A stretch of 64,000 nucleotides of DNA from Polyangiales bacterium (GCA_038231275.1 JBBRLQ010000002.1:288001-352000), one strand, 5' to 3'; positions 10,170-20,764 are shown, counted from the first letter of the stretch. Notes: generated by a model from the letters alone, not told the origin. Translations and numbers: made by a program.

Positions 10170-11507
10170 TTACTTGAGCGCCGATTCGAGCTGCTCGCGC
10201 GCGAGCTTGTCCGCCGCCGCGGCAGCGTTGTTGTCGTCGTCGCTCGCCGAGACCTTCCTCGCGCGCGGAACGGGCGCGGGCCTCGGAGCCGCAGCGACCC
10301 TCGGCTCCGGCGCGGGACGCGGCGCATAGTAGCGCGGCGCGGCCTTCGCGACGGGGGGTGCGGCGTAGGCGACCGGCGGCTTCTTGTCGGGCGTGGCGTT
10401 GGCGGTCGGCAGATCGTTCGTCGCGACGGTCTTCGTCGCGTCGCTCTTCGAGTCGGTGAGCGGGATCGGCGGGAGCGGCGCGGCAGCGGGTGCCGCTGCG
10501 ATCGGCGCGGGCGGGTTGATGGGGGCAGGGACCAGCGCGACGGGGAGCGGCGCAGGCGGCGCGATCGGGGCGACGACCGGCGGAGCGATCGGCGCGGCGG
10601 CCGGGAGCGGAGCGGGCGCGGCGGGCTGCGCAGCGGCGGCGCGCGCGGTCGAGTGTGCGGGGTCGACGAACGACGCCGTCGCGTCGATGAGCGAGTCGGC
10701 GTCGCCACGCGCGACGACCGCCGTGACGAGACCGACGAACACGCCCATCGCGAGGAGGGCCGCGGCCCACGACATCGTCGGGCGCCCGATGAGCACGCGC
10801 GTGCGGGTCGTGATGACGGTCGCCGGCGGGTTGATCGCCGGATCGCTCGGCGGCGCCGGCGGGATGGTGCTGCTCGGCGGCGGGGAAGGACTGTACGCAG
10901 GTACCTGACCAGACTGGTGGGCGCGAACGGCGGCGAGCGCCTGCGCGCGAACGCTCTGCGGGATCGCGGTCTGGCCGAGCATCGTCGGCGGCGTATTCAC
11001 GTGGAGACCGAAGCCGTTCGGCATCGGCGGCGGCGGCGGCACGAACGCGGCGGGGCGCGACGACGGCGGCGGCGGAACGGTGCGGGTGCTGGTGCTGGGG
11101 CGCGGCGAGAACGACTGCGCCGGCGTCATCGGGCGGAGCATCGTGCGCTCCTCGTCCTCACGACCTGCGCGCGGGCGGGTGGACGAGCGCGGCGCGTGCG
11201 AGCTGGCCGGCGGAAACGACGAGCCACGCTTCGACGGCATCACCGTCGTCATCTCTTCGTCGATCGAGCGCTGGAAGACGCGCGGGCGCTCGCTCGGCGG
11301 CGCCGGGTGCGGCGCCGGGTGCGGCACGGGGTGCGTCGCGGTGTGCTGCGCGGGGTAACGCTGCGAGACCGGCGGCGCCGTCAGGCGCGGCTTAACGTAC
11401 GAGGGCGGCGGGACGCTGCTCGGCATGCTGCGGACGACATCGATCTCCCCCGAGTCGACGACGTCGGCATCTTCAGGTCGGTTCGGTCGTTTCGTAAAGG
11501 GCAGCAC
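10170..11507 (-). CDS. Pro-rich single-pass membrane protein
   Basis: GTG start with GGAGG RBS; disordered Pro/Ser region, one TM (WAAALLAMGVFVGLVTAVV), Pro/Ala-rich C-terminus. Confidence 0.7.
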   Translation of the reverse strand: MLPFTKRPNRPEDADVVDSGEIDVVRSMPSSVPPPSYVKPRLTAPPVSQRYPAQHTATHPVPHPAPHPAPPSERPRVFQRSIDEEMTTVMPSKRGSSFPPASSHAPRSSTRPRAGREDEERTMLRPMTPAQSFSPRPSTSTRTVPPPPSSRPAAFVPPPPPMPNGFGLHVNTPPTMLGQTAIPQSVRAQALAAVRAHQSGQVPAYSPSPPPSSTIPPAPPSDPAINPPATVITTRTRVLIGRPTMSWAAALLAMGVFVGLVTAVVARGDADSLIDATASFVDPAHSTARAAAAQPAAPAPLPAAAPIAPPVVAPIAPPAPLPVALVPAPINPPAPIAAAPAAAPLPPIPLTDSKSDATKTVATNDLPTANATPDKKPPVAYAAPPVAKAAPRYYAPRPAPEPRVAAAPRPAPVPRARKVSASDDDNNAAAAADKLAREQLESALK

Positions 11508-11866
11508 GTCGTTGCCTCCAGGAGGGCGAGGGAGAGAAGGGTCGCTTGAGGTCAATGCAGGTGACGAGCCAGCCGGCAAATCTTCCTCGTCACTTTTGGA
11601 ATCGCAAAAAAAATCTCCAAACCTTTTGAATTTGTAGTGTTTCGTCGGCTCGTGGCATTTCGCCCGTTGAACGTTTCCAGTCCCACTGGGTGACAACTCG
11701 GAAGTCCCTGGGGGTCCAAAGATCCAGGCGGCCGAACGTGGCATGATGTGCGCATGGCGGTCCGAGCTGGATCGCCGAGCGCCCGGCAAGCTGCGACCGT
11801 TCGAGAGAGCGAAGAGGCCGCTCACGCGTACGAACGGAATGGACGGAGTGCCTGACTCGTCTCCCG

Positions 11867-13786
11867 TTGCGATACGTTGACGATGCGTCCCATCGAGGTT
11901 CCGGGTTGTTGACCAACGCCGATCGAAAGCCGACCTTCCCTCGCTTCCATCCGCTCTTCGAGCGATGGGCGCGGCGCGTTCGTGCGCGCCTTGCGTTACG
12001 TCACGCGCTCACAGGCGCCGCGATCGGCCTCGCGCTCGCGATGATTCCTGCGGCGCTCGCGTGGAAGACGCGCCACGGTCCGCTTCGACTCGCCGCGCCG
12101 ATCCTCGGCGTCGTCGGCGCGGGCGTCGGCCTCGCGATCGCGCGACGGCGGAGGTGGAGCGACACCGACGTGGCGCTGTATCTAGACGAGCGTCTCGACA
12201 CACAGGAGACGATCGCGACCGCGATCGAGATGCGCAACGAAGCGGAGCAAGACGACGCGGCGCGCGCGGTCGTCGTGACCAGCGCCGCCGAAGCGCTCGC
12301 GTCGCGTGATGCGAAGCGCGCGCGCCCTACGATGCTTCGTCCGATCCACGCGCTCGTTCCGCTCGCGGCGGCCGCGCTGATCGTGATCGCGCGCGCGCCG
12401 CTCCCGGCCGCCGCGAGCGTCGGCGCTCCACCCGGAACGGCGAAGGTGACGATCCGCGACGCCGAGGGCCTCGAAAAGATCGCCAAGCTGGCGCAGCGGG
12501 GCGCGCGCGACGAAGCGCAGCGGGAGCGCCTTCAGAAGATTGCGAAGGACGCGGAGAAGCTGAAAGAGGATCTCAAGAACGGCCTCGAGAAGCGCGACGC
12601 GCAGGATCGCATCTCGCGCCTCGAAGACGCGCTCGCGCAGGAGCGGCTGTCGCTCGGAGACGGCGAGAAGCGCGCGGGCCTCGAGAGCGCCGTCGGAAAG
12701 CTGCAAGAGAACGAGCTCACGAAGAAGGCCGGCAAGGCGCTCGGCGATCACGATCTCGAGTCGATGGACTCCGAGATGGAGAAGCTCGCCAACCAGCGCG
12801 AGAAGGCGGATCGCGAGCTCGCGAAGAAGGCGCTCGAGGACGCGGCAGACGCGGCGAAGAAGAACGGCGCCCCCGACGTCGGCAAGGCGCTCGACGATGA
12901 GAAGGCGCTCATGGACCGCCGCGGCAAGCGCGCCGAGATGCTGCGCGACCTCGCGAAGGGCATGGACAAGGCCGGCGAGTCGAACGACGAGCTGCGAAAC
13001 CAGGCCGAGTCGCTCGATCGCAAGGGCTCCGACGAGGCCGCCAAGAAGCTCGCCGAGTCGATGGGCAAGGCGCTCGAGAAGCTCACGCCGGAGGAACGCA
13101 AGCGCCTCGCCGACAAACTGCGCCAGATGGCCAAACAGAACCCCGGCGGCCAGAACGGGGACCCGCAGCAGCTCAAAGACCTCGCGGACGATCTGGCGAC
13201 GCCCGAAGGCGAAAAAAAGCTCGATGACGAGCTCAAGGATCTCGCGAAGGACGACACCGAGAGCGACGAAGCCAAGCGCCAGCAAGAGCTAGACGACGCG
13301 CAGCGCGGCGCACAGGACGCCGAACGCGACATCGGTAAACAAGGCCAGCAGGGACAACAAGGCCAGCAAGGACAACAAGGCCAGCAGGGACAACAAGGCC
13401 AGCAGGGCCAGCAAGGACAACAAGGCCAGCAGGGCCAGCAGGGACAACAAGGCCAGCAGGGCGGCACGCCGATCCCGATCCCGGGGAATGGCGCGCAGCC
13501 CGGTGGCACCGGCAGCCATCACGACACCGGCACCGGCGATCACACTGGCAAGACGGGCGCCGTCGACGCGCAGTCGATGAAGAGCCGCGCGAAGGGCCCG
13601 ATGAACAAGGGAACCGCGATGCCAGGCTCGGTGTCCACCTTCTCGCAAGGCAAGGCAGGCGGCACCGCGAACACGCGCGGTACCGGCGATCTGAAGATCG
13701 TAGGCCCGAGCGAGGTGGACGGCGTGAACCGCAGCGACGTGCCCGAAGAGTACCGCGATCAAGTGCGGCAGTACTTTCAACCGTGA
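11867..13786 (+). CDS. Membrane-anchored coiled-coil protein with QQG repeats (DUF4175-like), first gene of the MoxR operon
   Basis: N-terminal TM helices, long E/K/A/L-rich coiled coil, (GQQ)n, terminal VPEEYRDQVRQYF motif; true start may lie near 11908. Confidence 0.8.
   Translation: MRYVDDASHRGSGLLTNADRKPTFPRFHPLFERWARRVRARLALRHALTGAAIGLALAMIPAALAWKTRHGPLRLAAPILGVVGAGVGLAIARRRRWSDTDVALYLDERLDTQETIATAIEMRNEAEQDDAARAVVVTSAAEALASRDAKRARPTMLRPIHALVPLAAAALIVIARAPLPAAASVGAPPGTAKVTIRDAEGLEKIAKLAQRGARDEAQRERLQKIAKDAEKLKEDLKNGLEKRDAQDRISRLEDALAQERLSLGDGEKRAGLESAVGKLQENELTKKAGKALGDHDLESMDSEMEKLANQREKADRELAKKALEDAADAAKKNGAPDVGKALDDEKALMDRRGKRAEMLRDLAKGMDKAGESNDELRNQAESLDRKGSDEAAKKLAESMGKALEKLTPEERKRLADKLRQMAKQNPGGQNGDPQQLKDLADDLATPEGEKKLDDELKDLAKDDTESDEAKRQQELDDAQRGAQDAERDIGKQGQQGQQGQQGQQGQQGQQGQQGQQGQQGQQGQQGQQGQQGGTPIPIPGNGAQPGGTGSHHDTGTGDHTGKTGAVDAQSMKSRAKGPMNKGTAMPGSVSTFSQGKAGGTANTRGTGDLKIVGPSEVDGVNRSDVPEEYRDQVRQYFQP
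13339..13460 (+). repeat. 9-bp coding tandem repeat (CAAGGCCAG/CAGGGACAA) encoding (QQG)n
   Basis: About 13-14 consecutive Gln-Gln-Gly units visible. Confidence 0.9.
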
Positions 13787-13820
13787 ACGCGCAGCCGCAA
13801 GAGAAGAGGAAGAAGCCGCG

Positions 13821-14852
13821 ATGATGGACAACTTCGAAGCTCGCCTCGCGAGCGCGGCGGGCACGGTCGCGACGCTGAAGGCCGCGGTCGCGCGCGTCAT
13901 CGTCGGCCAGGCGGCCGTAGTCGATCAAGTGATGTGGGGGCTGGTCGCGGGCGGGCACGTCCTGCTCGAAGGCGCGCCCGGCCTCGGCAAGACGCTGCTC
14001 GTCCGAACGCTTGCGCAGTGCCTGGACCTCCGCTTCTCGCGCATCCAGTTCACGCCCGATCTGATGCCGAGCGACATCGTCGGCACCAACGTCCTCGTGA
14101 TGGACGCCACGCAGCGCGCCGCCGGGAGCATGTTCTCACTTCAGCGCGGGCCCATTTTCGGGCAGATCGTGCTCGCCGACGAGATCAACCGCGCGACGCC
14201 GAAGACGCAGAGCGCGCTCCTCGAGGCGATGGCCGAGCACGCCGTGACGATCGCGGGGACGCGCCACGTGCTCGAGGAGCCGTTCTTCGTGCTCGCGACG
14301 GAGAACCCGTACGAAATGGAAGGGACCTATCCCCTGCCGGAGGCGCAGCTCGATCGCTTTCTCCTGAAGGTCATCGTGCCGAACCCGAGCGAGGACGAGC
14401 TCTGCGAGGTGCTTACACGAACCACCGGGCGCGGGCAGGAGGCGCCGCCACGAGTGCTCGGGCAGGACGGCGTGCTGGCGCTGCGCGTGATGTGCCGCGA
14501 GGTGGCGGTGGCCGAGCCGGTCGTGCGCTACGCCGCGAAGCTCGTGCGCGCGAGCGATCCGTCGACGCCCGAAGCGCCCGACGTCGTAAAGCGCGCGATC
14601 CGGTACGGCGCCGCGGTGCGTGGGGCGCAGTCGCTCCTCCTCGCCGCGAAGGCCGTGGCGCTCTGCGAGGGGCGCGCGCACGTGTCGTTCGCCGACATCG
14701 CGAAGGTCGCCAAGCCGGCGCTGCGCCATCGAATGATTCGCTCGTTCGAGGGGGAGGCCGACGGCGTGACCACTGACGCGATCGTCGACGCGCTGCTCGC
14801 CGCGGTGCCGACGCGCCCCGCCAACGTGGAGCGCGAGGGGGCGCGCGCGTGA
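13821..14852 (+). CDS. moxR: MoxR-family AAA+ ATPase
   Basis: EGAPGLGKT, RIQFTPDLMPSDI, LADEINRATPKTQSALLEAM, EGTYPLPEAQLDRF. Confidence 0.97.
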   Translation: MMDNFEARLASAAGTVATLKAAVARVIVGQAAVVDQVMWGLVAGGHVLLEGAPGLGKTLLVRTLAQCLDLRFSRIQFTPDLMPSDIVGTNVLVMDATQRAAGSMFSLQRGPIFGQIVLADEINRATPKTQSALLEAMAEHAVTIAGTRHVLEEPFFVLATENPYEMEGTYPLPEAQLDRFLLKVIVPNPSEDELCEVLTRTTGRGQEAPPRVLGQDGVLALRVMCREVAVAEPVVRYAAKLVRASDPSTPEAPDVVKRAIRYGAAVRGAQSLLLAAKAVALCEGRAHVSFADIAKVAKPALRHRMIRSFEGEADGVTTDAIVDALLAAVPTRPANVEREGARA

Positions 14853-17068
14853 CGATGCGACGGGGGGCATCGAGTAGAGAGGCTTCGATCGCGGCGGCCT
14901 CTGCGGTGTTCGTCGCCGTCGCCGCGCTCACAGGTAGCGCCCACGCAGAGCCTGTTCCCGCGCCTCCCGTCGCCATCGTCGCCACGCCGATGTTCGGGGC
15001 AGACGCGACGAGTGGCACCGGGTGGTGCGACGTGGTCGCGCGTATCGAGAACCTGAGCGTGACGCCCCAAAAGGGGAGCATCGAGCTGCTCGGCGCGGCG
15101 GCGTATGGCGGCGGCGACAAGTTCACAGCGCGCGCGCCGTTCAACGTCCCGGTCGGCAAGAGCGCGGTCGTCCGCCTTCCGATCCACGGCTCGACCTACT
15201 ACGCGCCTTCGCTCACCGTCACGGCGTCGGACGACAAGGGGCAAAAGCTCGCCGCCGTGAACCTGTCCATCAACAGCACACCGGCGCCTCTGCTCGTCGA
15301 CGTCGATCAGCCCTCGCGGCTCTCGGTGGTGATGCGCGCGTGGCCGATGTCCCTCTCGTGGAGCGGCGTCGGCTCGGCGATGTATGGCCTCCCGGGCGGC
15401 GGCACCGCCTCGCCGCTCAGCGTCGGCGTTCCCGCCTTCGACCGAACGACCGGCGATCCGATCCTCCCCGAGCACGCGGCGGGCTATTCGGCGGCGACGG
15501 CGGTGCTCGTTCACAGCGACGTCCTCGCGCGCCTCGACTCGACGTCGCTCGACGCGCTCGTCAATTGGGTGCTCTCGGGCGGGACGCTCGCGGTGATCCC
15601 GAATCGGCCCGAGGATCTGCGCGGGTCGGTCCTCTCGGCCTTGGTCGGCGGCGTGGTGTCGACCGCGGCGGCGCCGAGCCACCTCGTCAAGCTGCCCGGC
15701 GTCATGCGCCCCTCGTCGGCGCCGGGGATGTCGCCGTTCGGTTGGAACGATGCCGATCAGGATCCGCAGCCGCCGCTGGTGAAGCCACCTCTGCCAGTCC
15801 CGATGATCTTCGAGCCCGACGGGCAAAAGGGCGTCACGCTCGTCCCCATTTGGACGCCCGTGGTGCGCATCGGGCCCGCCGCGAACGTGAAGGACAACCT
15901 GACCGGCTACGCGGGCGGTAACCTTCATCCCAGCGATCTCGGCGCGAGCGCCGCGTACGGCCTCGGTGAGGTCCACCTGCTCGCGTTCGACCCCACCGCC
16001 GCCCCGATGCTCGACGATCCGTGGGTGCACGCTCGCCTCCTCGAGATGGTGACGCGCGCGTGGGATCGGCACGCGCTGTCGGCCTTTCCGCACGGGACCG
16101 GCGATCGCAACGACGACCGGCTCGACGAGGTCCGCCGCGCGCTCGACCCAAACGAAAATTTTCGACCGGGTCTCGGCATCTCCGCCATCCTTCTCGTCCT
16201 CTATTCCATCTTCGCGGGGCCTGTGACCTTCCTGCGCGCCGCCAAGAAGGGACGGCCGCTGCGACCTTTGGTGTGGGCCCCGTTGCTCAGCGCCGGCGCG
16301 TTCGGCGCGATTGTGGTCGTCGGCCTCGCCGGAAAGGGCTGGCGTGGCCGCGCGCGACATTTATCGCTCGTGGAGACAGGCGCCGGCGTGACGCGCGGGG
16401 CGGTGCGGCGCTACCGCGGGTTCTTCGCCAGCGAGACCAAGTCGCTGTCGGTGCTCGCCACCGATCGCTCCTGCGTCCTCGACGTCGCGATCGGGGACTC
16501 CCGCTCGCACGAGAACGCCGTCCTGCGCGTCGATCGCAACGGCGCGGCGCTCGAGAACCTCACGAGCCTGCCGTGGCAGACCGTCGTAGTCCGCGAGGAC
16601 GGGTTCACCGATTGGAAAGGCGCCATCTCCGTCATCGGCAACGCCGACACGACGGTCGACGTCGTGAACCACACCGGTCGCAAGCTGGTCGACGTCCTCG
16701 TCTGGGCGCCGGGGCGTGACCTCGTGTGGTTCGCCTCGCTCGAGGACGGCGGACGCGTTCGGTCCTCGGCCGGCAAGCACGTGCTCGGGGCGAGCGGGCG
16801 GCGTCGATCGACCGCGGGCACGCGCAGCGTCCACCCGCTCCAGGCCCACGATCTCGGCCTGGCGATCACGGGAAAGTACAACGACAAAGTCGCTGCCACC
16901 TGGGGGACGTTCGAGGCCGCCGCCGGCGAGAGCGTGGACTGGTGGCCCGACGACACGCCCGTCGTGATGGGCGAGATGCTCGTCGAAAAGGCCGGCAGCG
17001 ACTCCGGCCTCTCGCTCGAGAACGACCGCGTGATGTTCCGCGTCGTGGGAACGGGAGGCACGCCGTGA
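14849..17068 (+). CDS. Exported/membrane protein of MoxR-VWA clusters (GATase-like central domain, 2 TM)
   Basis: Signal peptide; ALVNWVLSGGTLAV and YGLGEV motifs; LYSIFAGPV TM pair; GTGA overlap with moxR. Confidence 0.75.
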   Translation: MTMRRGASSREASIAAASAVFVAVAALTGSAHAEPVPAPPVAIVATPMFGADATSGTGWCDVVARIENLSVTPQKGSIELLGAAAYGGGDKFTARAPFNVPVGKSAVVRLPIHGSTYYAPSLTVTASDDKGQKLAAVNLSINSTPAPLLVDVDQPSRLSVVMRAWPMSLSWSGVGSAMYGLPGGGTASPLSVGVPAFDRTTGDPILPEHAAGYSAATAVLVHSDVLARLDSTSLDALVNWVLSGGTLAVIPNRPEDLRGSVLSALVGGVVSTAAAPSHLVKLPGVMRPSSAPGMSPFGWNDADQDPQPPLVKPPLPVPMIFEPDGQKGVTLVPIWTPVVRIGPAANVKDNLTGYAGGNLHPSDLGASAAYGLGEVHLLAFDPTAAPMLDDPWVHARLLEMVTRAWDRHALSAFPHGTGDRNDDRLDEVRRALDPNENFRPGLGISAILLVLYSIFAGPVTFLRAAKKGRPLRPLVWAPLLSAGAFGAIVVVGLAGKGWRGRARHLSLVETGAGVTRGAVRRYRGFFASETKSLSVLATDRSCVLDVAIGDSRSHENAVLRVDRNGAALENLTSLPWQTVVVREDGFTDWKGAISVIGNADTTVDVVNHTGRKLVDVLVWAPGRDLVWFASLEDGGRVRSSAGKHVLGASGRRRSTAGTRSVHPLQAHDLGLAITGKYNDKVAATWGTFEAAAGESVDWWPDDTPVVMGEMLVEKAGSDSGLSLENDRVMFRVVGTGGTP

Positions 17069-18207
17069 CGCAAGGTGTCCCGCAAGCTCCGCTCTCCGCG
17101 GGCGCAACGCAGCCGGTCTCGGCGGTGGCAGCTCCGCCGGCGATCCGCGTCCGCCACCTCTGGCATCGGTTCGGTCGATTCGACGTCCTGCGCGACGTGT
17201 CGTTCGACGTCCACGCGGGCGAAATCTTCGGCTTCATCGGCCCCAACGGCGCCGGCAAGACGACGACGATCCGCGTGATGGCGACGCTCCTCGAGCCGAT
17301 GGCGGGGCGCGTGGAGGTCGACGGCCTCGACGTGACGATCGATCCGGCGAGCGTGCGCAAGATCATCGGGTACATGCCCGATCACGCCGGAGTCTACGAG
17401 CGCGTCACCGTGCGCGAGTACCTGGAGTTCTTCGCCGACGCGTACCGCGTGCCCACCGCGGGGACGACGTACGCCGTCGTCGACGCCGTGATGGAGCTCA
17501 CCGATCTGACGAAGCTCCGCGAGAAGCTCGTCGTCACGATGAGCAAGGGCATGAAGCAGCGCCTCCAGCTTGCGCGAACGCTCCTGCACGACCCGAAGGT
17601 GCTCATTCTCGACGAGCCGGCGAGCGATCTCGACCCGCGCGCGCGCATCGAAATTCGCGATTTGCTCGTCGAGCTCCGCGCCATGGGAAAGACGATCTTC
17701 TTGTCGTCGCACATCCTGACGGAGCTCGCCGACGTGTGCACGAGCGTCGCGATCCTGGAGCGCGGGCGGCTCGTCGTCGCCGGTCCGATCCACGACATCG
17801 CGCGGCGCCTCGAGCTCGCGGCGGCGCAGCCTGCGGTTCCCGCGCAGCCGCCTTACGCCGGTCCGCCGCAGCCGCAAGGGCCCGGCAATCCGTTCGCGCC
17901 GCCGACGCAGCAGGCGTACGCCGCGCCGACGCCACAAATGATCCCGGTCCCCAAGCGACGCGCCAAGCTGAAGGTGCTCGGCCCGCACGAGGTCGTCGCT
18001 GCCACGCTCCAAGTGCTGCCCAACGTGTCCAGCGTCGGTCCCGGTCCAGGCGGCACGGTCATCGTGACGTACATCGGCGACGATCAGTCGCTCGCCGGCG
18101 TCGTGCGCGCGCTCGTGATGAACGGCGTGCCGGTCGTCGGCGTCGAGCCGGAGCGCAACGAGCTCGAGCGGATCTTCCTCGAAGTGACGAAGGGAGAGGT
18201 CCAATGA
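17065..18207 (+). CDS. ABC transporter ATP-binding protein
   Basis: GPNGAGKTT, MSKGMKQR, LILDEP, SSHIL. Confidence 0.95.
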   Translation: MTQGVPQAPLSAGATQPVSAVAAPPAIRVRHLWHRFGRFDVLRDVSFDVHAGEIFGFIGPNGAGKTTTIRVMATLLEPMAGRVEVDGLDVTIDPASVRKIIGYMPDHAGVYERVTVREYLEFFADAYRVPTAGTTYAVVDAVMELTDLTKLREKLVVTMSKGMKQRLQLARTLLHDPKVLILDEPASDLDPRARIEIRDLLVELRAMGKTIFLSSHILTELADVCTSVAILERGRLVVAGPIHDIARRLELAAAQPAVPAQPPYAGPPQPQGPGNPFAPPTQQAYAAPTPQMIPVPKRRAKLKVLGPHEVVAATLQVLPNVSSVGPGPGGTVIVTYIGDDQSLAGVVRALVMNGVPVVGVEPERNELERIFLEVTKGEVQ

Positions 18208-19895
18208 GCGCCGCCGCACCGCCCCACGTGACGCCGCCGATCGCCGCGAAGGAGGGCTTCTTCGCGCGCCTCCTCCGCGATCCCAACGCGATCTGGATGC
18301 GCGAAATGCGTCAGTCCGCCCGCCTCGGCCGCACGCCGTGGATCCTCTTCGCGCTCACGCTGTCGATCTCGCTGCTCATGTGCTCCATCGGTGGCATCGC
18401 GACCGCCGATCGCTCGAGCCCCGCGCAGCTCGGCGGCGGACTCTTCCAGGTGTTCTTCTCCATCGCATACCTCGTCGTGGTGATCGTCGGCCCCGCGGTG
18501 GCCGCGAACAGCATCGCGTCGGAGCGCGAAGGTCGGACGTGGGAGGCGGTGCTCTTGACGGGCCTCTCGCCCAAGGAGATCGCGCGCGGCAAATTCATGG
18601 CCGCGTACACGACGATCGCGCTCTACATCGTCGTGCTCGCGCCGGTGGGAGCGCTCTCGTTCCTCTTCGGCGGCGTCACGGCCGTCGAGGTCGTCGTGGC
18701 GTTCGCGTTCCTCTTCCTGGTCGCAGCGCTCGCGGTGGCGTTCGGTCTGGCGGTGAGCTCACTCATGTCGAGCTTGCGGGGCGCGATCGTCGTCACGCTC
18801 ATGCTCGCGATCTGCATCGGCCCCTTCCTCTATTCCGTCTTCGGCGTCGGCGCCTCGTTCGCGATCCACAAGATGTGGAGCGAGGTGCCGGACGGCTTCC
18901 CGATCTGGCTGCCCCTGGCGTACTCGCGGGCGACGCTCGGGATCGAGTACTTGCTCGTCCTCGGCCTCTTGCCCGTCCTCCTCGTGGTGGTGCCGGCGTG
19001 GTTCCTCTACGAGACGACGATCTCGAACCTCACCGGTGAGGCCGACGATCGCTCGACCGGGCTCAAGCGCTGGTACGCGATGACCGCCCCGCTCTTGGCG
19101 ATCGCGTGCGCGCTGCCGAGCCTCCTGTCGGACTCGGACTCCGACCGGCTCGGCTTCGCGCTGGTCGGCATGTGCGCCTTTTTCTGCCACGTTTGTTTCT
19201 GCGCGATGCTCTTCGCGTTCGAGCCGCCAGGTCCGTCGCGGCGCGTGCGGATCCACTGGGCGCGCACGAAGGTGAGCGCGCTTACGCGATTCTTCGGCCC
19301 CGGCCTCATCAAGACGAGCGTCCTCGTCATGTTCCTCGGCGTGGTCGGGCTCGTGGCGGTCGCGGTGGCCACGATGGCGGCGCTGGAAGCACTCGGCACC
19401 GGCTACGACAAGCAGACCAAGATCCTGCAAATTTTCCTGTTCACGGCATACGCGACGCCGTTCTTCGTCTTCGTCGTCGGCCTCCACGCGTGGCTGCGCG
19501 CGCGCGGCAGCTCGCCGTGGATCGCGCGCCTCATCGCGTGCGGCATCCTCTTCCTCATCGCGGCGGGGCCATGGGTGGTCGCGGCGATCGGCGGCGTCCT
19601 CGCCAAGAGCGACGAGCGCGATTGGCTGATCGTCGGCTCTCCGAGCCCGTTCTATGTGTTCGTCATGATCGCCGCGCTCGATCGCACGACGTACGAGCAC
19701 GCGCTCACGGTGCCGGCGGGCCTCGCGTGCGCGACCGGCTGGGGCGCGCTTGGCTTGGCGCTTCTCGCCGCGGCGGGTCGCCGGTGCACGAGGGTCGTCG
19801 CCCAGCACGACGCGGCGGTCGCACAAGCCGAGGCGGCGCTCGACGCCGAGGAGGCCGCAAAGGCCGCGGCTGTAGGGACCCTGCCGGCGTCATGA
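18204..19895 (+). CDS. ABC-2 type permease
   Basis: Many TM helices; IASEREGRTWEAVLLTGLSPKEIARGK motif. Confidence 0.9.
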   Translation: MSAAAPPHVTPPIAAKEGFFARLLRDPNAIWMREMRQSARLGRTPWILFALTLSISLLMCSIGGIATADRSSPAQLGGGLFQVFFSIAYLVVVIVGPAVAANSIASEREGRTWEAVLLTGLSPKEIARGKFMAAYTTIALYIVVLAPVGALSFLFGGVTAVEVVVAFAFLFLVAALAVAFGLAVSSLMSSLRGAIVVTLMLAICIGPFLYSVFGVGASFAIHKMWSEVPDGFPIWLPLAYSRATLGIEYLLVLGLLPVLLVVVPAWFLYETTISNLTGEADDRSTGLKRWYAMTAPLLAIACALPSLLSDSDSDRLGFALVGMCAFFCHVCFCAMLFAFEPPGPSRRVRIHWARTKVSALTRFFGPGLIKTSVLVMFLGVVGLVAVAVATMAALEALGTGYDKQTKILQIFLFTAYATPFFVFVVGLHAWLRARGSSPWIARLIACGILFLIAAGPWVVAAIGGVLAKSDERDWLIVGSPSPFYVFVMIAALDRTTYEHALTVPAGLACATGWGALGLALLAAAGRRCTRVVAQHDAAVAQAEAALDAEEAAKAAAVGTLPAS

Positions 19896-20764
19896 CCGCG
19901 CTGCTCGAGCCGGCCTTCTTGCGCGAGCTCGAGGCGCTGAGGCGCCGGCTCCAGCTGCGCGCGCGATCGGGCGGCGGCGGTGAGCACGTCGGGAAAAGGC
20001 GCGGCGGCAGCGCGGAGTTCCTGGAGCACCGCGCGTACACCGCGGGTGACGATCTACGCCGTATGGACTGGCTGGCTTTCGCGCGCACCGGCGAGCCGGT
20101 CCTCAAGACGTTCCGCACCGAAGAGGACGTCGTGGTGCGCCTCGTCGTCGACGCGAGCGCGTCGTTGGACGCCGGGACACCGACCAAGCTCGACGCGGCG
20201 AAGCGCCTGGCCGCAGCGGTGGGGTACATGGCGCTCGCGGGCTCCGAGCGAACGCAGGTCCTCGCCGCGGGAGAAGGTCTGACGCGCACGTTCGATGCCG
20301 CGCGAGGAAAAGCCGCGCTGCCCAAGGTGCTGCGCGACCTCGAGACGCTGCAGCCGCGCGGCGGAACCGATCTCGCGCGGTCCATCGACGCCGTGCTCCA
20401 GCGCGCGCCACGACCCGGGATGCTCGTGGTCTTCAGCGATTTTCTCGACGCGGGGCCGTTCGATCAAGCGCTCGGGCGCGCGAAGGCGGCCGGGCACGAC
20501 GTGGCGATCGTCCAAATCTTGAGCGAGGAGGAGCTCCATCCGCCGTACGACGGCGACGTCGCGTTCGAGGACGCAGAGACGGGCGCGGTCGTCGAGGTCA
20601 CGCTCGACGCAGCGGCGCTCGCCGCCTACACGGAGCGACTCAACGGGCTCATCTACGCGCTCCGTGCGGTCGCCAAGCGACTCGGCGCGCCGTACATACG
20701 TGCTTCCAACGTCGAGCCGAGCCTCGCCGTCGTCCGGCGCCTCGTGAGCCGCGCGGTGGACTGA
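19892..20764 (+). CDS. DUF58 protein (VWA-like)
   Basis: EFLEHRAYTAGDDLRRMDW, DASAS, VVFSDFLD, FEDAETG. Confidence 0.93.
   Translation: MTALLEPAFLRELEALRRRLQLRARSGGGGEHVGKRRGGSAEFLEHRAYTAGDDLRRMDWLAFARTGEPVLKTFRTEEDVVVRLVVDASASLDAGTPTKLDAAKRLAAAVGYMALAGSERTQVLAAGEGLTRTFDAARGKAALPKVLRDLETLQPRGGTDLARSIDAVLQRAPRPGMLVVFSDFLDAGPFDQALGRAKAAGHDVAIVQILSEEELHPPYDGDVAFEDAETGAVVEVTLDAAALAAYTERLNGLIYALRAVAKRLGAPYIRASNVEPSLAVVRRLVSRAVD

Noticed and set aside
13339-13460. CRISPR-like array
   Set aside because: Short in-frame coding repeats with no unique spacers and no cas genes
12748-13509. Minus-strand ORF with (PCW/PCC)n resembling a metallothionein
   Set aside because: It is the antisense reading of the QQG repeat
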